DNA of 64,000 nt from Desulfobacterales bacterium (GCA_963674755.2 CAXXVS010000003.1:1024001-1088000), one strand, 5' to 3'; positions 1-9,073 are shown, numbered from the stretch's first letter. Made by a program: numbers and translations. Notes: generated by a model from the letters alone, not told the origin.

Positions 1-1192
1 CCTCCTGATAATTGATCCAGGGCCGCTTGTCGCTCAGATTGTGTTCGTTGGACATGCGGTTGGCATTGTCGCACATGGGGCGGTGGGTGGTCTTGGGACA
101 CCCCAGGTGATCGAAAAGACCTTCATGCACCCAGTTCGCAAAATCGTTGCCGCGCATATAGCCTATTTTGGTGGGGTCATGCTGCTTGAAGTCGTTCACC
201 ACCTTGTCGAGGGCTTCCTCCCAGGAGGCCTTGCGGAAGCGGCCGTCTTCCTTGATCAGCGGCGACTTGAGACGATAGGCGGAGTAAACGTGGTTTTTGG
301 CGTTGCCGCCTTTGATGCACAGGCGACCGCCGCCTTTGATATCCCCCTGCAATCCGCTGGTGGACATCAAGATGCCGTCCTTGGTTTTGGCCGTCATGCC
401 GCACAGGGCCCCGCAGGCATAGCAGTGGGTCGGAATAGCGCGGGCCGGGGCCGGGTCGATGGTACCGGGTTGGAGCAGAAAGGATTCTTTGGCCAACGGG
501 AGCATTTTCAGAACGTTCGCCATACTTGCCAGATCCGCGGCGGGGTCGGAAGGAAAGACGGTTTCCGGCGGCAGTGAGGCCAGATGCGCTACAAAGAGAT
601 AGCCCAGGGTAAATTCCGCCAGGGCTTTGTAGAAACCCGATTTGTCCGCGCTGTGGAGAACAGCGCAGAATTCGGTGCGCCAGGCCATATGCCGGCGTCC
701 AAAGTCGGATCGTACATTGGCCACGGAGTGGTCCCCGGCGGCTTCGCGCCGATTCATTTCGGCCAGGAAATCAAACTCGACGGCGATATGGTCCTCGGGT
801 TCGCGATAGGCCGGATCTTTATGGAGGCCCTGTTTGCGGAGGATCTCGCGCATCTGGAATACCGGTTCGCCGTATAGGGTGGGTTCCCGGTCGAGGTAAA
901 AGGATTCATAGGGCAGGACCGGGTTTTCGCCGGCATTGAGGAAGAGATCCGCATATTCGAAGCGCAATATCTTATGGGTGTCGACCCCGGCGCCGTCCAA
1001 GAATTCAAACAGAACCTTGGCCCCCCGCGCCAATTCCTTGGTGTAAAGACTGAACGCGACCTCTTTGAGGTTGCGCAGAAAGTCATCGGTTTTCATGGCT
1101 TTGTAAAAGTCTTCGGAAATTTCGTCTGCAAATACCGTTGCTAAAAAACGCTGAATGACAAATTTAGCTGCTGCCAGCTTTTTGGCTTCCAT
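1..1192 (-). CDS. TorD/DmsD-like chaperone domain fused to a molybdopterin oxidoreductase catalytic subunit (PsrA/PhsA-like); runs off the window edge
   Basis: Missing from the ORF track (no stop in window). Manual translation from ATG 1192: MEAKKLAAAKF...YADLFLNAGENPVLPYESFY...EPEDHIAVEFDFL (TorD motifs), then in frame THCYACGALCGM...LCIKG...YRLKSPLIKEDGRFRKASWEEALD...HRPMCDNA (4Fe-4S motif and Mo-bisPGD N-terminus). Confidence 0.85.
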   Translation of the reverse strand, partial: MEAKKLAAAKFVIQRFLATVFADEISEDFYKAMKTDDFLRNLKEVAFSLYTKELARGAKVLFEFLDGAGVDTHKILRFEYADLFLNAGENPVLPYESFYLDREPTLYGEPVFQMREILRKQGLHKDPAYREPEDHIAVEFDFLAEMNRREAAGDHSVANVRSDFGRRHMAWRTEFCAVLHSADKSGFYKALAEFTLGYLFVAHLASLPPETVFPSDPAADLASMANVLKMLPLAKESFLLQPGTIDPAPARAIPTHCYACGALCGMTAKTKDGILMSTSGLQGDIKGGGRLCIKGGNAKNHVYSAYRLKSPLIKEDGRFRKASWEEALDKVVNDFKQHDPTKIGYMRGNDFANWVHEGLFDHLGCPKTTHRPMCDNANRMSNEHNLSDKRPWINYQE

Positions 1193-1208
1193 CGTATTCT
1201 CCCCACTA

Positions 1209-1580
1209 TTATAGGTTAAGGCTGCCCTTGATGGTGCTTTTCCCTTTCAACAGGGCCCGTTTGAGACAGGCGTCCAATTCCTCGATGACGATGGGTTTGA
1301 ATAGGACTGAGCAGGGTGCCCCCCGCAGCGCGCGGCGGATTTCCATGATCTCGGGCGCATCGCAGAAAAGAACGACTTTGAAATTCGGGGAGATTTCCCG
1401 CAGAGGTTTGATCATGTCGATGCCTTCCGCACCGACTAGCAGGGCGATATCCACTTTGTGGCCCTGCGCGTAATCGACGGATTCACCGGCATCATTGAAC
1501 GATACGACATCGTGCCCAAGGGCGGCCACCTCATCCCAGCCCATCTCGGGATCGGGATCGAATGCCATGATTTGTGCCAC
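1209..1580 (-). CDS. stand-alone atypical receiver-domain protein
   Basis: REC-like layout with C-terminal FKP; DIALLVGAEG lacks the phosphoacceptor Asp; GAGGAGG upstream of GTG. Confidence 0.7.
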   Translation of the reverse strand: MAQIMAFDPDPEMGWDEVAALGHDVVSFNDAGESVDYAQGHKVDIALLVGAEGIDMIKPLREISPNFKVVLFCDAPEIMEIRRALRGAPCSVLFKPIVIEELDACLKRALLKGKSTIKGSLNL

Positions 1581-1616
1581 AGTTTACCTCCTCAACGGTT
1601 ATGGTTGGAAAAAGCA

Positions 1617-1979
1617 TTAAAGGGCTTCCGGCGGATAGGGCCGCCTTTTGCCCGGCATTTGATAGCATGGATCGCAGAGCCGATGCTGGCCATACGCCTC
1701 GATAATTCGGTCGACGGCCCCGGCGATGCCGCTGATCAGATGGATCTCGCAATTTGCGAGATAGCGGCTCATCAGGTCGCTGATGCCGGCGCAGATGAGC
1801 GTGTCGATCTTGCGGCGTGCGATCATCTGGCTGCGTTCCGGAAGCGACAGTCCCGCCAGCGAAACGGTCAGGCGCTGCATTTCTTTGCCGGCGTCGATAT
1901 CGACCACCAGCAAGTCGTTGCAGGTGTCGAGAACCGGTGAGATGCGCGCCTGAAATGTCGGAATGGCGATGCGTTCCAT
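1617..1979 (-). CDS. NifB/NifX-family (FeMo-cofactor biosynthesis-like) small protein, copy 1
   Basis: MERIAIPTFQARISPVLD...IDTLICAGIS...GIAGAVDRIIEAY. Confidence 0.8.
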   Translation of the reverse strand: MERIAIPTFQARISPVLDTCNDLLVVDIDAGKEMQRLTVSLAGLSLPERSQMIARRKIDTLICAGISDLMSRYLANCEIHLISGIAGAVDRIIEAYGQHRLCDPCYQMPGKRRPYPPEAL

Positions 1980-2034
1980 TGGTCGCGTTAGCATGGACCG
2001 GTCAAGAGACCGGACCGTCCTTGTAGCGCTGTTT

Positions 2035-2050
2035 AACAAAAGTCATGCCA
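2035..2050 (-). promoter_or_regulatory. possible sigma54 -24/-12 promoter
   Basis: TGGCATGACTTTTGTT on the minus strand (GG-N10-GT, imperfect -12) upstream of the NifX-like/receiver/Mo-enzyme genes. Confidence 0.35.
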
Positions 2051-2097
2051 TGGGGAATTTTATCCTGTAATATATTGGATTTTCAGAAAAAAGAGGT

Positions 2098-2116
2098 TTG
2101 TCAATTCGATTGACAA
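2098..2116. promoter_or_regulatory. palindromic operator or activator site
   Basis: TTGTCAAT-TCG-ATTGACAA perfect 8-bp inverted repeat in a divergent intergenic region. Confidence 0.5.
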
Positions 2117-2210
2117 CCGAATCTGAAATAGGATAGAGGATGCATTATGCACCTGCTTCCATGCGGGGGTGCAAATTGAACCTCAGGGATGAGGCGTGGA
2201 GGAGGACGAC

Positions 2211-3545
2211 ATGAGGGCCGATGGGATGGATGCTCCCCACTACTATGAAGTGATCTTGGACAGTATCGCCGACGGGGTGCTCACCGTGAACAACGATATG
2301 GTCGTGACCGCCTTCAACCGCTCGGCGCAACAAATTACCCGGGTGCCCCGGGAGGAGGCCATCGGCCGCAAGTGCTTCGATGTCATGCGCGGGGAGATGT
2401 GCGAATCGGCGTGTTGTATCAAGACGACCATGGAAACCGGGCAACCCTGTCAGAACAGGCCGGTTTATATCGTGCGCGCCGATAACAAACGGATTCCGGT
2501 CAGTGTCACCACCAGCGTCCTGCGCGACGAGCAGGGCACCCCCATGGGGGCGGTGGAGATTATTCGGGACCTTTCCGAAATCAACGACTTAAGGCAGGCC
2601 TGCCGCAAAATTTATCGCTTCGAAGATATTGTCAGCAAGAATCATCGGATGATGAAGCTGTTCGGGCTCCTGCCACTCGTGGCCTCCAGCCGGAGTACGG
2701 TTTTGATTGAAGGTGCCAGCGGCACGGGGAAGGAACTGGTGGCAAAAGCCATTCACAACCAGGGAAACGAACCGGATGCGCCCTTTGTGGCTGTCAATTG
2801 CGGTGCTTTGCCGGATACGCTCATCGAGGCCGAGCTTTTTGGCTACCGAGCGGGTGCCTTCACGGATGCCCGTCGCGACAAAACGGGTCTGTTTGCCGCG
2901 GGTGGAGAGGGGACGATTTTCCTGGATGAAATCGGCGATATTTCCCTATCCACCCAGGTTAGTCTTCTCCGTGTATTGCAAAACAAAACCTATCGCCCCC
3001 TTGGTGCGAATACGGACTGCGAGATGAAGGCCCGTATCATTACGGCTTCGCATCACAATCTGAGAGATCTCGTGGAGGCCAAACGATTCCGCGAAGATCT
3101 CTACTACCGCATCAACGTCATTCGTCTGACGCTCCCCGATTTGTCCGAGCGGAAAGAAGACATTTCCCTCCTAGTGGACCATTTCGTGGAGCGCTTCAAT
3201 TCACTGACCGGCAAGCATATTGCCGGCGTTTCGGACGAGGTGCTGGCCGCCTTTGCCCTGCACGATTGGCCCGGGAACATCCGGGAGCTCGAAAATGCCA
3301 TCGAGCATGCCTTCATCCTTTGCAACGATGGCATCATCGACCTCACCCACCTCCCGGAAACCATTGCGCCCCGCCCCACCAATACGAGTGCCAGGGCTGC
3401 CGCGACCCTGAGGGAGATCGAGAAGCGGGCCATTGCCGAAGCGCTGCGCCGCAACGGAGGACGCCGGATGGCGACGGCCCGGGAACTCGATATCCACAAA
3501 AACACCTTGCGGCGCAAGATAGAAGCCTATGGCATCGATGGATAG
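2211..3545 (+). CDS. PAS-domain sigma54-dependent transcriptional activator
   Basis: PAS N-terminus; Walker A GASGTGKE, GAFTDA loop, FLDEIGD, WPGNIRELEN, C-terminal Fis HTH; start uncertain (2196/2211/2226). Confidence 0.95.
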   Translation: MRADGMDAPHYYEVILDSIADGVLTVNNDMVVTAFNRSAQQITRVPREEAIGRKCFDVMRGEMCESACCIKTTMETGQPCQNRPVYIVRADNKRIPVSVTTSVLRDEQGTPMGAVEIIRDLSEINDLRQACRKIYRFEDIVSKNHRMMKLFGLLPLVASSRSTVLIEGASGTGKELVAKAIHNQGNEPDAPFVAVNCGALPDTLIEAELFGYRAGAFTDARRDKTGLFAAGGEGTIFLDEIGDISLSTQVSLLRVLQNKTYRPLGANTDCEMKARIITASHHNLRDLVEAKRFREDLYYRINVIRLTLPDLSERKEDISLLVDHFVERFNSLTGKHIAGVSDEVLAAFALHDWPGNIRELENAIEHAFILCNDGIIDLTHLPETIAPRPTNTSARAAATLREIEKRAIAEALRRNGGRRMATARELDIHKNTLRRKIEAYGIDG

Positions 3546-3695
3546 ACGATGTCAGGTGGGGTCTTGCGCTTCTGAAGCGGGCGGCGGCCTAAAGCGGCGC
3601 GCAAATGATGTTAAGACGAGGGTGCTTCACGGTCCTGCTCGTCAGAACCGGGATGAATTGGCGGCCGTGTGTCGGCGTATTTGTGCAGAGGACCA

Positions 3696-4079
3696 CTAAA
3701 TAGGGTGTGTCGATTGAACGAGGGGAGATGGTGATTCCAGCTTTTTGCCGCCTGGCATTCGGAAGCGATCCTGGTCCAACAGATCTTGTTGATAGGCGGC
3801 GATAATTTGCTCCACCTCCCCTGATATGCCGCTAATGACGTGCATGCCACGGTTTACGAGGCAGGCCAGCATCCATTCGCTAACGCCGGCACAGATGATT
3901 TTTTGGACCCCCCGCCGAGACATTGCCATTCCGCGCTCGGCGGGGGTCAATTTTGCCAGCGACACGATAACGCGCTGCAATGGTCCCGCTTCGGAAAGAT
4001 CGATAATCATCAGCTCGTTGCAGGTATCGAGGACCGGCGAGATGCGGGACTGAAATATAGGAATCGCGATGCGTTCCAT
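3696..4079 (-). CDS. NifB/NifX-family small protein, copy 2
   Basis: MERIAIPIFQSRISPVLDTCN...IICAGVS; clear paralog of 1617-1979; abuts the upstream stop codon. Confidence 0.8.
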   Translation of the reverse strand: MERIAIPIFQSRISPVLDTCNELMIIDLSEAGPLQRVIVSLAKLTPAERGMAMSRRGVQKIICAGVSEWMLACLVNRGMHVISGISGEVEQIIAAYQQDLLDQDRFRMPGGKKLESPSPLVQSTHPI

Positions 4080-4985
4080 TTATTTGTGTTTGTGCGGCCT
4101 GAAAACGATAAAGTTGCACAGTTTGCAGATGTCGAAGCCGGGATAGGTTTCTCCCGTTCGGGGGAAGGACGGGCCGCCGTCCCGCACCGTGCGTTCTAGC
4201 ATCCAATGCACCGTGGGTTCTACATGGTCACCGGGCCACACCCAGTTGATTTCGCTTTGTTCGGTTTTCCCGGCGGTTTTGCTGCTGCTGCACATGGGGG
4301 TGATGTTCGGCTTGTTCAGCACATGGCATTGGACGCAGCCGTGGCAGATCGAGGAATTCATGGTCATGATCATATCGAAAGGGTGTTCGTCATAGGCGGC
4401 GCACCAATCGTTGCCGAGGTGATAGGCTTGGAGGACATCGCAGATCCCGTGAACCACGTCGGGCTTGAACGGGGCCTTGTGCAAGGGGGCGGTGGCAAAG
4501 GCCAGCAGCCCATCCGGAAGCCGTTTCTTCGTGCGGACGAATTTTTCCGCCTGTTCCCAGCTTTTCGTATATTTTAAGTGACTTTTGATTTCGCCGTCGT
4601 CGAGCTCTTTCCAGCCCATGACAAACTGGGCGTTGGAGCATCCCGTTTTATCGCTGGTGCCCAGAAGGATGTCGCCGCGCATCCGGGAGGCGGCCACAAA
4701 ATGGCAGAAGGTGTAAGCGTGCATCGCCGTTTTGTAATCATTGTTGTTTTTGAAGTCTTCCAGCTCGTCTTCCGAATAGAAATATTTGATCGCCACGGGA
4801 TAATAGGTCGTTTTGAGGAGATTGCGCAAAGCGAATACGATATCCGCGTTGCTGAGGACACCGTTGTTGCGGGCTGCATTATCCAGAAGTGCTTTGGCCA
4901 AAGCGACGTCATCCAGATACATTTCAGTGTCAACGGGCTTGGAAGTTTCTTGAACAGCATCAGCGGGATCCAAAGTCATTTTCAT
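4080..4985 (-). CDS. DUF169-family Cys-rich protein
   Basis: LKTTYYPVAIKY, FCHFVAASRMRG, GCSNA, APLHKAPFKPDVV, SICHGC, C-terminal CKLC; GGAGG RBS. Confidence 0.75.
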   Translation of the reverse strand: MKMTLDPADAVQETSKPVDTEMYLDDVALAKALLDNAARNNGVLSNADIVFALRNLLKTTYYPVAIKYFYSEDELEDFKNNNDYKTAMHAYTFCHFVAASRMRGDILLGTSDKTGCSNAQFVMGWKELDDGEIKSHLKYTKSWEQAEKFVRTKKRLPDGLLAFATAPLHKAPFKPDVVHGICDVLQAYHLGNDWCAAYDEHPFDMIMTMNSSICHGCVQCHVLNKPNITPMCSSSKTAGKTEQSEINWVWPGDHVEPTVHWMLERTVRDGGPSFPRTGETYPGFDICKLCNFIVFRPHKHK

Positions 4986-5066
4986 GCCTCCTTAAAATAA
5001 GTAAATGAATGAAAGAATGATGTCGCGTTCCCCCTAGGGTGTTTGAGAAAAGCTTTTTGGATAAAC

Positions 5067-5172
5067 GGTATCAAATTTGACACCAATTAATCATTGAAAA
5101 AGGATGGTGTCATACTCTTCACAATGTATTTGGAGGAAGCAGTTTGGCTAAATGATATCAAAAATGATACCA
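5067..5172. promoter_or_regulatory. repeated palindromic operator sites
   Basis: GGTATCAAATTTGACACC (5067-5084) and TGATATCAAAAATGATACCA (5153-5172), plus TGGTGTCA/TGGTGCCA half-sites in an AT-rich region. Confidence 0.5.
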
Positions 5173-5262
5173 ATCTTTCCATTGGTGCCAAAAATTTATA
5201 TCCATTTGATTTTTAAAAATAAAAAATGACTGAGGGGCGTTGCGATGCATTCGTCGAATGTT

Positions 5263-5289
5263 CAAAAAGATGCATTTTGCATCTTTTTG
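5263..5289. other. 12-bp perfect inverted repeat (terminator or activator site)
   Basis: CAAAAAGATGCA-TTT-TGCATCTTTTTG; related GATGCAGATTGCAGC about 30 bp further on. Confidence 0.5.
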
Positions 5290-5630
5290 CCATGTTTTTG
5301 GATGCAGATTGCAGCCGATAGATTCGCCCGTTGGGCCAGATCAGCATGGCAATACTTGGAATGCCATGCGATGGTGTGGGGCGGGTGGGACGATTCCGGA
5401 AGAGGCGCTGGGCCTGTTTTTCTCTGCGATCTATTCGATACGTTTACGCGTAAAGGTGCTTCGCTAGCGAGTGAAGAATTCGAGAGGAAGCGACAGTTCC
5501 AGATCAAGGGGGCGCATCTTGCTGGCGCTAGCCTATTGAAGCGCCTCCTTTTGCCAGTAGTCGGCAGGGGCGCCGCCGGAAGCGGCCGGTGTCAAGCACA
5601 GCGCCATGGCCACCAGCGCAAAAATATACA

Positions 5631-6227
5631 TCAGAATCGGCATGGTGTTTCTCCTTCCGCAAAAGGGCCGGAAGCTGGTGGCGCGGGCAGCCGGATGATC
5701 CGGTCGCAATCCTGAATTAAACGCTCGGTCAGCCGGCGTTCCCGGCGGGAGAGGCGGTAGTCGGGAAAGCTGTGGCCATAGTAGGCGTTGATCAGGGCGG
5801 TTGCGGCCGACCGGATGACTTGCCGAAAGGGATCGTAGGCGCCGGCCTGCAAATAAAGGGTGGCGTCGTTGATAATCAGGATGGTGCCCTTCGAAAGGCG
5901 TGGGTCCCGTAAAAGGGGAGCGATTGTCGCGGCGTTGGCCCGGGCCAGCATTTCGGCCTCCGCCTCGGTTGGGGCCATGAGGCGCGGCGGCGTGATGGGG
6001 GGCGTCTGGCAGATCCCCTCGAATCCCCGCGGCAGGGCGAGGCGCCCGCCGATGCTTTGACGCGTTTGCGGGGCCAGGTCCAACACGGCGATTTCCCGCG
6101 AGCGGCCTTGGGCTGTCCAAGCGGCCAATACGTTTTCGGTCAGGCGGGTTTTGCCGCTGTTGACCTCGCCGATGACGAGCGTCCGTTGGCCGTCATAGTC
6201 CCGGGTGGATAGCGTGTTTGCGGGCAT
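5631..6227 (-). CDS. P-loop NTPase/kinase-like hypothetical protein
   Basis: LVIGEVNSGKT Walker A and ILIIND Walker-B-like motif; follows ecfT in the thi operon. Confidence 0.7.
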   Translation of the reverse strand: MPANTLSTRDYDGQRTLVIGEVNSGKTRLTENVLAAWTAQGRSREIAVLDLAPQTRQSIGGRLALPRGFEGICQTPPITPPRLMAPTEAEAEMLARANAATIAPLLRDPRLSKGTILIINDATLYLQAGAYDPFRQVIRSAATALINAYYGHSFPDYRLSRRERRLTERLIQDCDRIIRLPAPPASGPFAEGETPCRF

Positions 6228-6244
6228 GTCTTTCCCCGTTTGAT

Positions 6245-6904
6245 TCAGCGGACCCCATAAAGGATCAAAACCACCACCAAGCCCCAGCCCCCGGCGATCA
6301 CCAACCAATCGAGGCCCCCCATGCGGTAGGCCTTGCGGAAGCTGCGCCCGGACCGGCCGAAGCCCCGGGCCTCCATGGCTTCGGCCAGGCTTTCGGCCGT
6401 CTGGAAGGCCTGGATCAGCAGCGGGACCAGCAGGGCCGGGTAGTTGCGCAGCGACCGCCAGCCGGGTTTCAATACAATGCCGCGCGCCTGCTGGGCTTCG
6501 ACCACGGCCCGGGCCTTGCGGCTTACCACGGGAACAAACTGAAGGGCGGCCGTCATGACGAAGGCCACCGGAAAGGGCAGGCCGGACTGGACCAGGCTGT
6601 TGCCCAGATCCTCCGGTTCGATGCTCGCAAAGAAGACAAAGAAAACCGTCGTGATGGCCATCAACCCCAGGGCCGCGGCCTGTCCTGTGATCCGGTCGGC
6701 GGTCCACCAGGTGATCCCGCCGAAAAAGAGGGTCATGGGGATCAGCATGATCAGCCAGCGCAGATAGGCTTTGAGCTGCCCCATGGCGACAATGGCGATC
6801 ACCAGCACCGCCCATTCCCCCAACAGCCAGCCTTGTTTGCGCGTCAAGGCAACCAATGTGCCGCAAGCTAAGGCCAGCAGAAGTTTTGTGCGCGGGTCAA
6901 GCAT
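6245..6904 (-). CDS. ecfT: ECF transporter T component
   Basis: MLDPRTKL, AQQARG and AMEARGF motifs; hydrophobic. Confidence 0.9.
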   Translation of the reverse strand: MLDPRTKLLLALACGTLVALTRKQGWLLGEWAVLVIAIVAMGQLKAYLRWLIMLIPMTLFFGGITWWTADRITGQAAALGLMAITTVFFVFFASIEPEDLGNSLVQSGLPFPVAFVMTAALQFVPVVSRKARAVVEAQQARGIVLKPGWRSLRNYPALLVPLLIQAFQTAESLAEAMEARGFGRSGRSFRKAYRMGGLDWLVIAGGWGLVVVLILYGVR

Positions 6905-8537
6905 GATGATCGCCTGTCTGCCACCATTGTTTGAGAAGAAAGCGGTCGGTGGCCTCCAGCCCGGCCCGGGACATGAGGGCCGGATCGGCCATGATAGCAT
7001 CCGGGCGGCCGTCGGCCAAGAGACGGCCTTCGGCCATGAGCAGCCAGCGGCCAGCCGTGCGTTCGGCGAAGGTCAGGTCGTGGGTCACGATGATAATGGC
7101 CTGCCCGCGGGTCTGCAGGCGTTGCAGAAAGGTTCGCAAATTGCGGCGGAAGTCGAAGTCCTGGCCGGCGGTGGGCTCGTCCAGGGCCAGCACCTTGGGC
7201 CGGGCGGCCAGGGCCGAGGCAAAGGCGACGCGCTTTTTCTCGCCCCCACTCAGGCGATAAGGGGCTTTCGACCGATAGGGCGTCAACTGAAAGAGGGTCA
7301 TCAATTCCGCGATCCATTCCGCATCAAGGTGGCCGATAGCCTCCGGACCGACCCGGATTTCCTGCTCTACGGTGAACCGGAAAAACTGGTTGTCCGGGTT
7401 CTGGAAGGCCAGCCCTACTGTTTTGGCCACGTCACTGACCGGCATTTTGCCGATCTCGTGTCCGTCGATCCGGATGCTGCCCTTGTCCGGCCGTTGCAGC
7501 CCCAGCAGATGCCGCAGAAGGGTGGTTTTGCCAGCGCCGTTGGATCCGACGATGGCCAGGCATTCGCCGGGGTGGAGGGTCAGGTGGATATCTTTCAAGA
7601 GCGGAGCTCTCGCCGCCGCGCGGCTGGACAGATGATTCACCGCCAGCACCGGCGGCAAGCCCGGTTGGACCATCTTTGGGGGTAATGGGGGGGAGAGCCC
7701 ATCGATCAGGTCGGTACGGGGTGAAATAGGCCGTAAATCCTCGATCGTTCGCGGAAGCGGATTCAGTCCCAGGGCGGCGCCCAGACGTGTTGCCAGAGGA
7801 GGCTCCAGGCCCCAGGTGTCGTCAGGGTGGGCCAGAATCTGATGCGGATCGCCGTCGGCCGCGATACATCCCTGGTGGATGACGACCATGCGGGTGGCGT
7901 CCGGTACCGCCCGCGACAAGCGGTGCTCGCAGACCACGATGCCGCAGCCCCCGGCATGAAGTTCCCGGAGAAGTCCTCTGATGCGCCGGACGTTGCCCGG
8001 ATCGAGGTTGGCAAACGGTTCGTCCAGCACGAGCACCCGGGGGCGCAGGGCCAGAAGGGCGGCGATCAGGACGAGGTGCTTTTCACCGCCCGACAGGTCC
8101 TGGGGGGCCCGCTGCCGCAGGGCGCCGATGCCCACCGCCTCGATGGCCGACGCCAGCCGTGCCTCGATGGCCCGGCGCTCGATTCCCAGGCTCTCCAGGC
8201 CGAACACGATTTCCTGCTCCACCGATCGGCAGAACAATTGGGTATCGGGATTCTGGAAGGCCATGGCCACCCGGTCGAACAGGGCGGCCACCGATGTCTG
8301 GCGGATCGGCAGGCCGTCCACGAAGACGTCGCCCTCCAGCACACCGCCGTAAAAATGGGGAATGAGCCCGTTGAAAATGCGGCAGAGAGTGGATTTGCCG
8401 GACCCGCTGCGGCCCGTGATGAGAAGATAATCGCCAGCCGTGATGTCCAGGTCGATCCCGTCCAGGATAGGTCGAGGATCCTCATTGCGGTAGCGATAGC
8501 TCAGGTTCCGGGCGGTAATGATGGCGTTATCGATCAC
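6897..8537 (-). CDS. ECF transporter ATPase with two fused ABC domains
   Basis: GRSGSGKS/LSGGEK/LDEP and GSNGAGKT/LSGGEK/LDEP; FQNPD motifs; likely GTG start at 8537. Confidence 0.92.
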   Translation of the reverse strand: MIDNAIITARNLSYRYRNEDPRPILDGIDLDITAGDYLLITGRSGSGKSTLCRIFNGLIPHFYGGVLEGDVFVDGLPIRQTSVAALFDRVAMAFQNPDTQLFCRSVEQEIVFGLESLGIERRAIEARLASAIEAVGIGALRQRAPQDLSGGEKHLVLIAALLALRPRVLVLDEPFANLDPGNVRRIRGLLRELHAGGCGIVVCEHRLSRAVPDATRMVVIHQGCIAADGDPHQILAHPDDTWGLEPPLATRLGAALGLNPLPRTIEDLRPISPRTDLIDGLSPPLPPKMVQPGLPPVLAVNHLSSRAAARAPLLKDIHLTLHPGECLAIVGSNGAGKTTLLRHLLGLQRPDKGSIRIDGHEIGKMPVSDVAKTVGLAFQNPDNQFFRFTVEQEIRVGPEAIGHLDAEWIAELMTLFQLTPYRSKAPYRLSGGEKKRVAFASALAARPKVLALDEPTAGQDFDFRRNLRTFLQRLQTRGQAIIIVTHDLTFAERTAGRWLLMAEGRLLADGRPDAIMADPALMSRAGLEATDRFLLKQWWQTGDHHA

Positions 8538-8551
8538 ATTGCCCCGCGCGG

Positions 8552-9073
8552 TCAGAATTGGATGATGTCCGCGCGCCGGAGCAGACGCAGGGCCAACACC
8601 CCCAGGAGCGCACCGGCCACCGTGCTGCCCAGAAAGGACGGTAATAGGGCCAGCAGGGGAATCGCTTTCCCCATCAGGAACGGTGCGACCAGGAGGGCGC
8701 TGACCACCGGGGCGATGCCGCCCGTGCCCAGGATTTCGCCGGCCGCCGCGGCCCAGGTGCGACCCACGAGCCGGAAGGCGATGCCGGCCAGAAAGGCGCC
8801 GATCATGCCGCCCGGAAAAGCCAGCAGAGTGCCCACGCCCATGGCGTTGCGCAGGACGGCAATCACCGCAGCGGTCAACACGGCCCACCAGGGACCCAGC
8901 AAAACGGCTGCCAGGACGTTGACGAAATGCTGGGTGGGGTTCACTTTGGCGATGCCGATGGGAAAAGAAGTATAGGGGGCCAGGGCCACCCCGATGGCGA
9001 CCAGAACCACGGCATAGGCGGTTTTGCGGGAGTTTTGGGCGGATTGGGCCGGTGACATGCTGTTGGTCGTCAT
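8552..9073 (-). CDS. thiW: ECF S component ThiW (thiazole precursor uptake)
   Basis: PTQHFVNVLAAVLLGP...LRNAMGVGTLLAFPGGMIGA...GEILGTG. Confidence 0.9.
   Translation of the reverse strand: MTTNSMSPAQSAQNSRKTAYAVVLVAIGVALAPYTSFPIGIAKVNPTQHFVNVLAAVLLGPWWAVLTAAVIAVLRNAMGVGTLLAFPGGMIGAFLAGIAFRLVGRTWAAAAGEILGTGGIAPVVSALLVAPFLMGKAIPLLALLPSFLGSTVAGALLGVLALRLLRRADIIQF

Noticed and set aside
41..1086. ORF-track entries 41..577, 177..404, 584..877 and 754..1086
   Set aside because: Shadow frames of the real minus-strand TorD-Mo enzyme gene.
1617..4079. NifX-like genes as evidence of nitrogen fixation
   Set aside because: No nifHDK or nifEN in the window; the family is common in non-diazotrophs.
5153..5190. 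Sigma54 promoter for the DUF169 gene
   Set aside because: The TGGCAC and TGGTAT candidates lack GC at -12.
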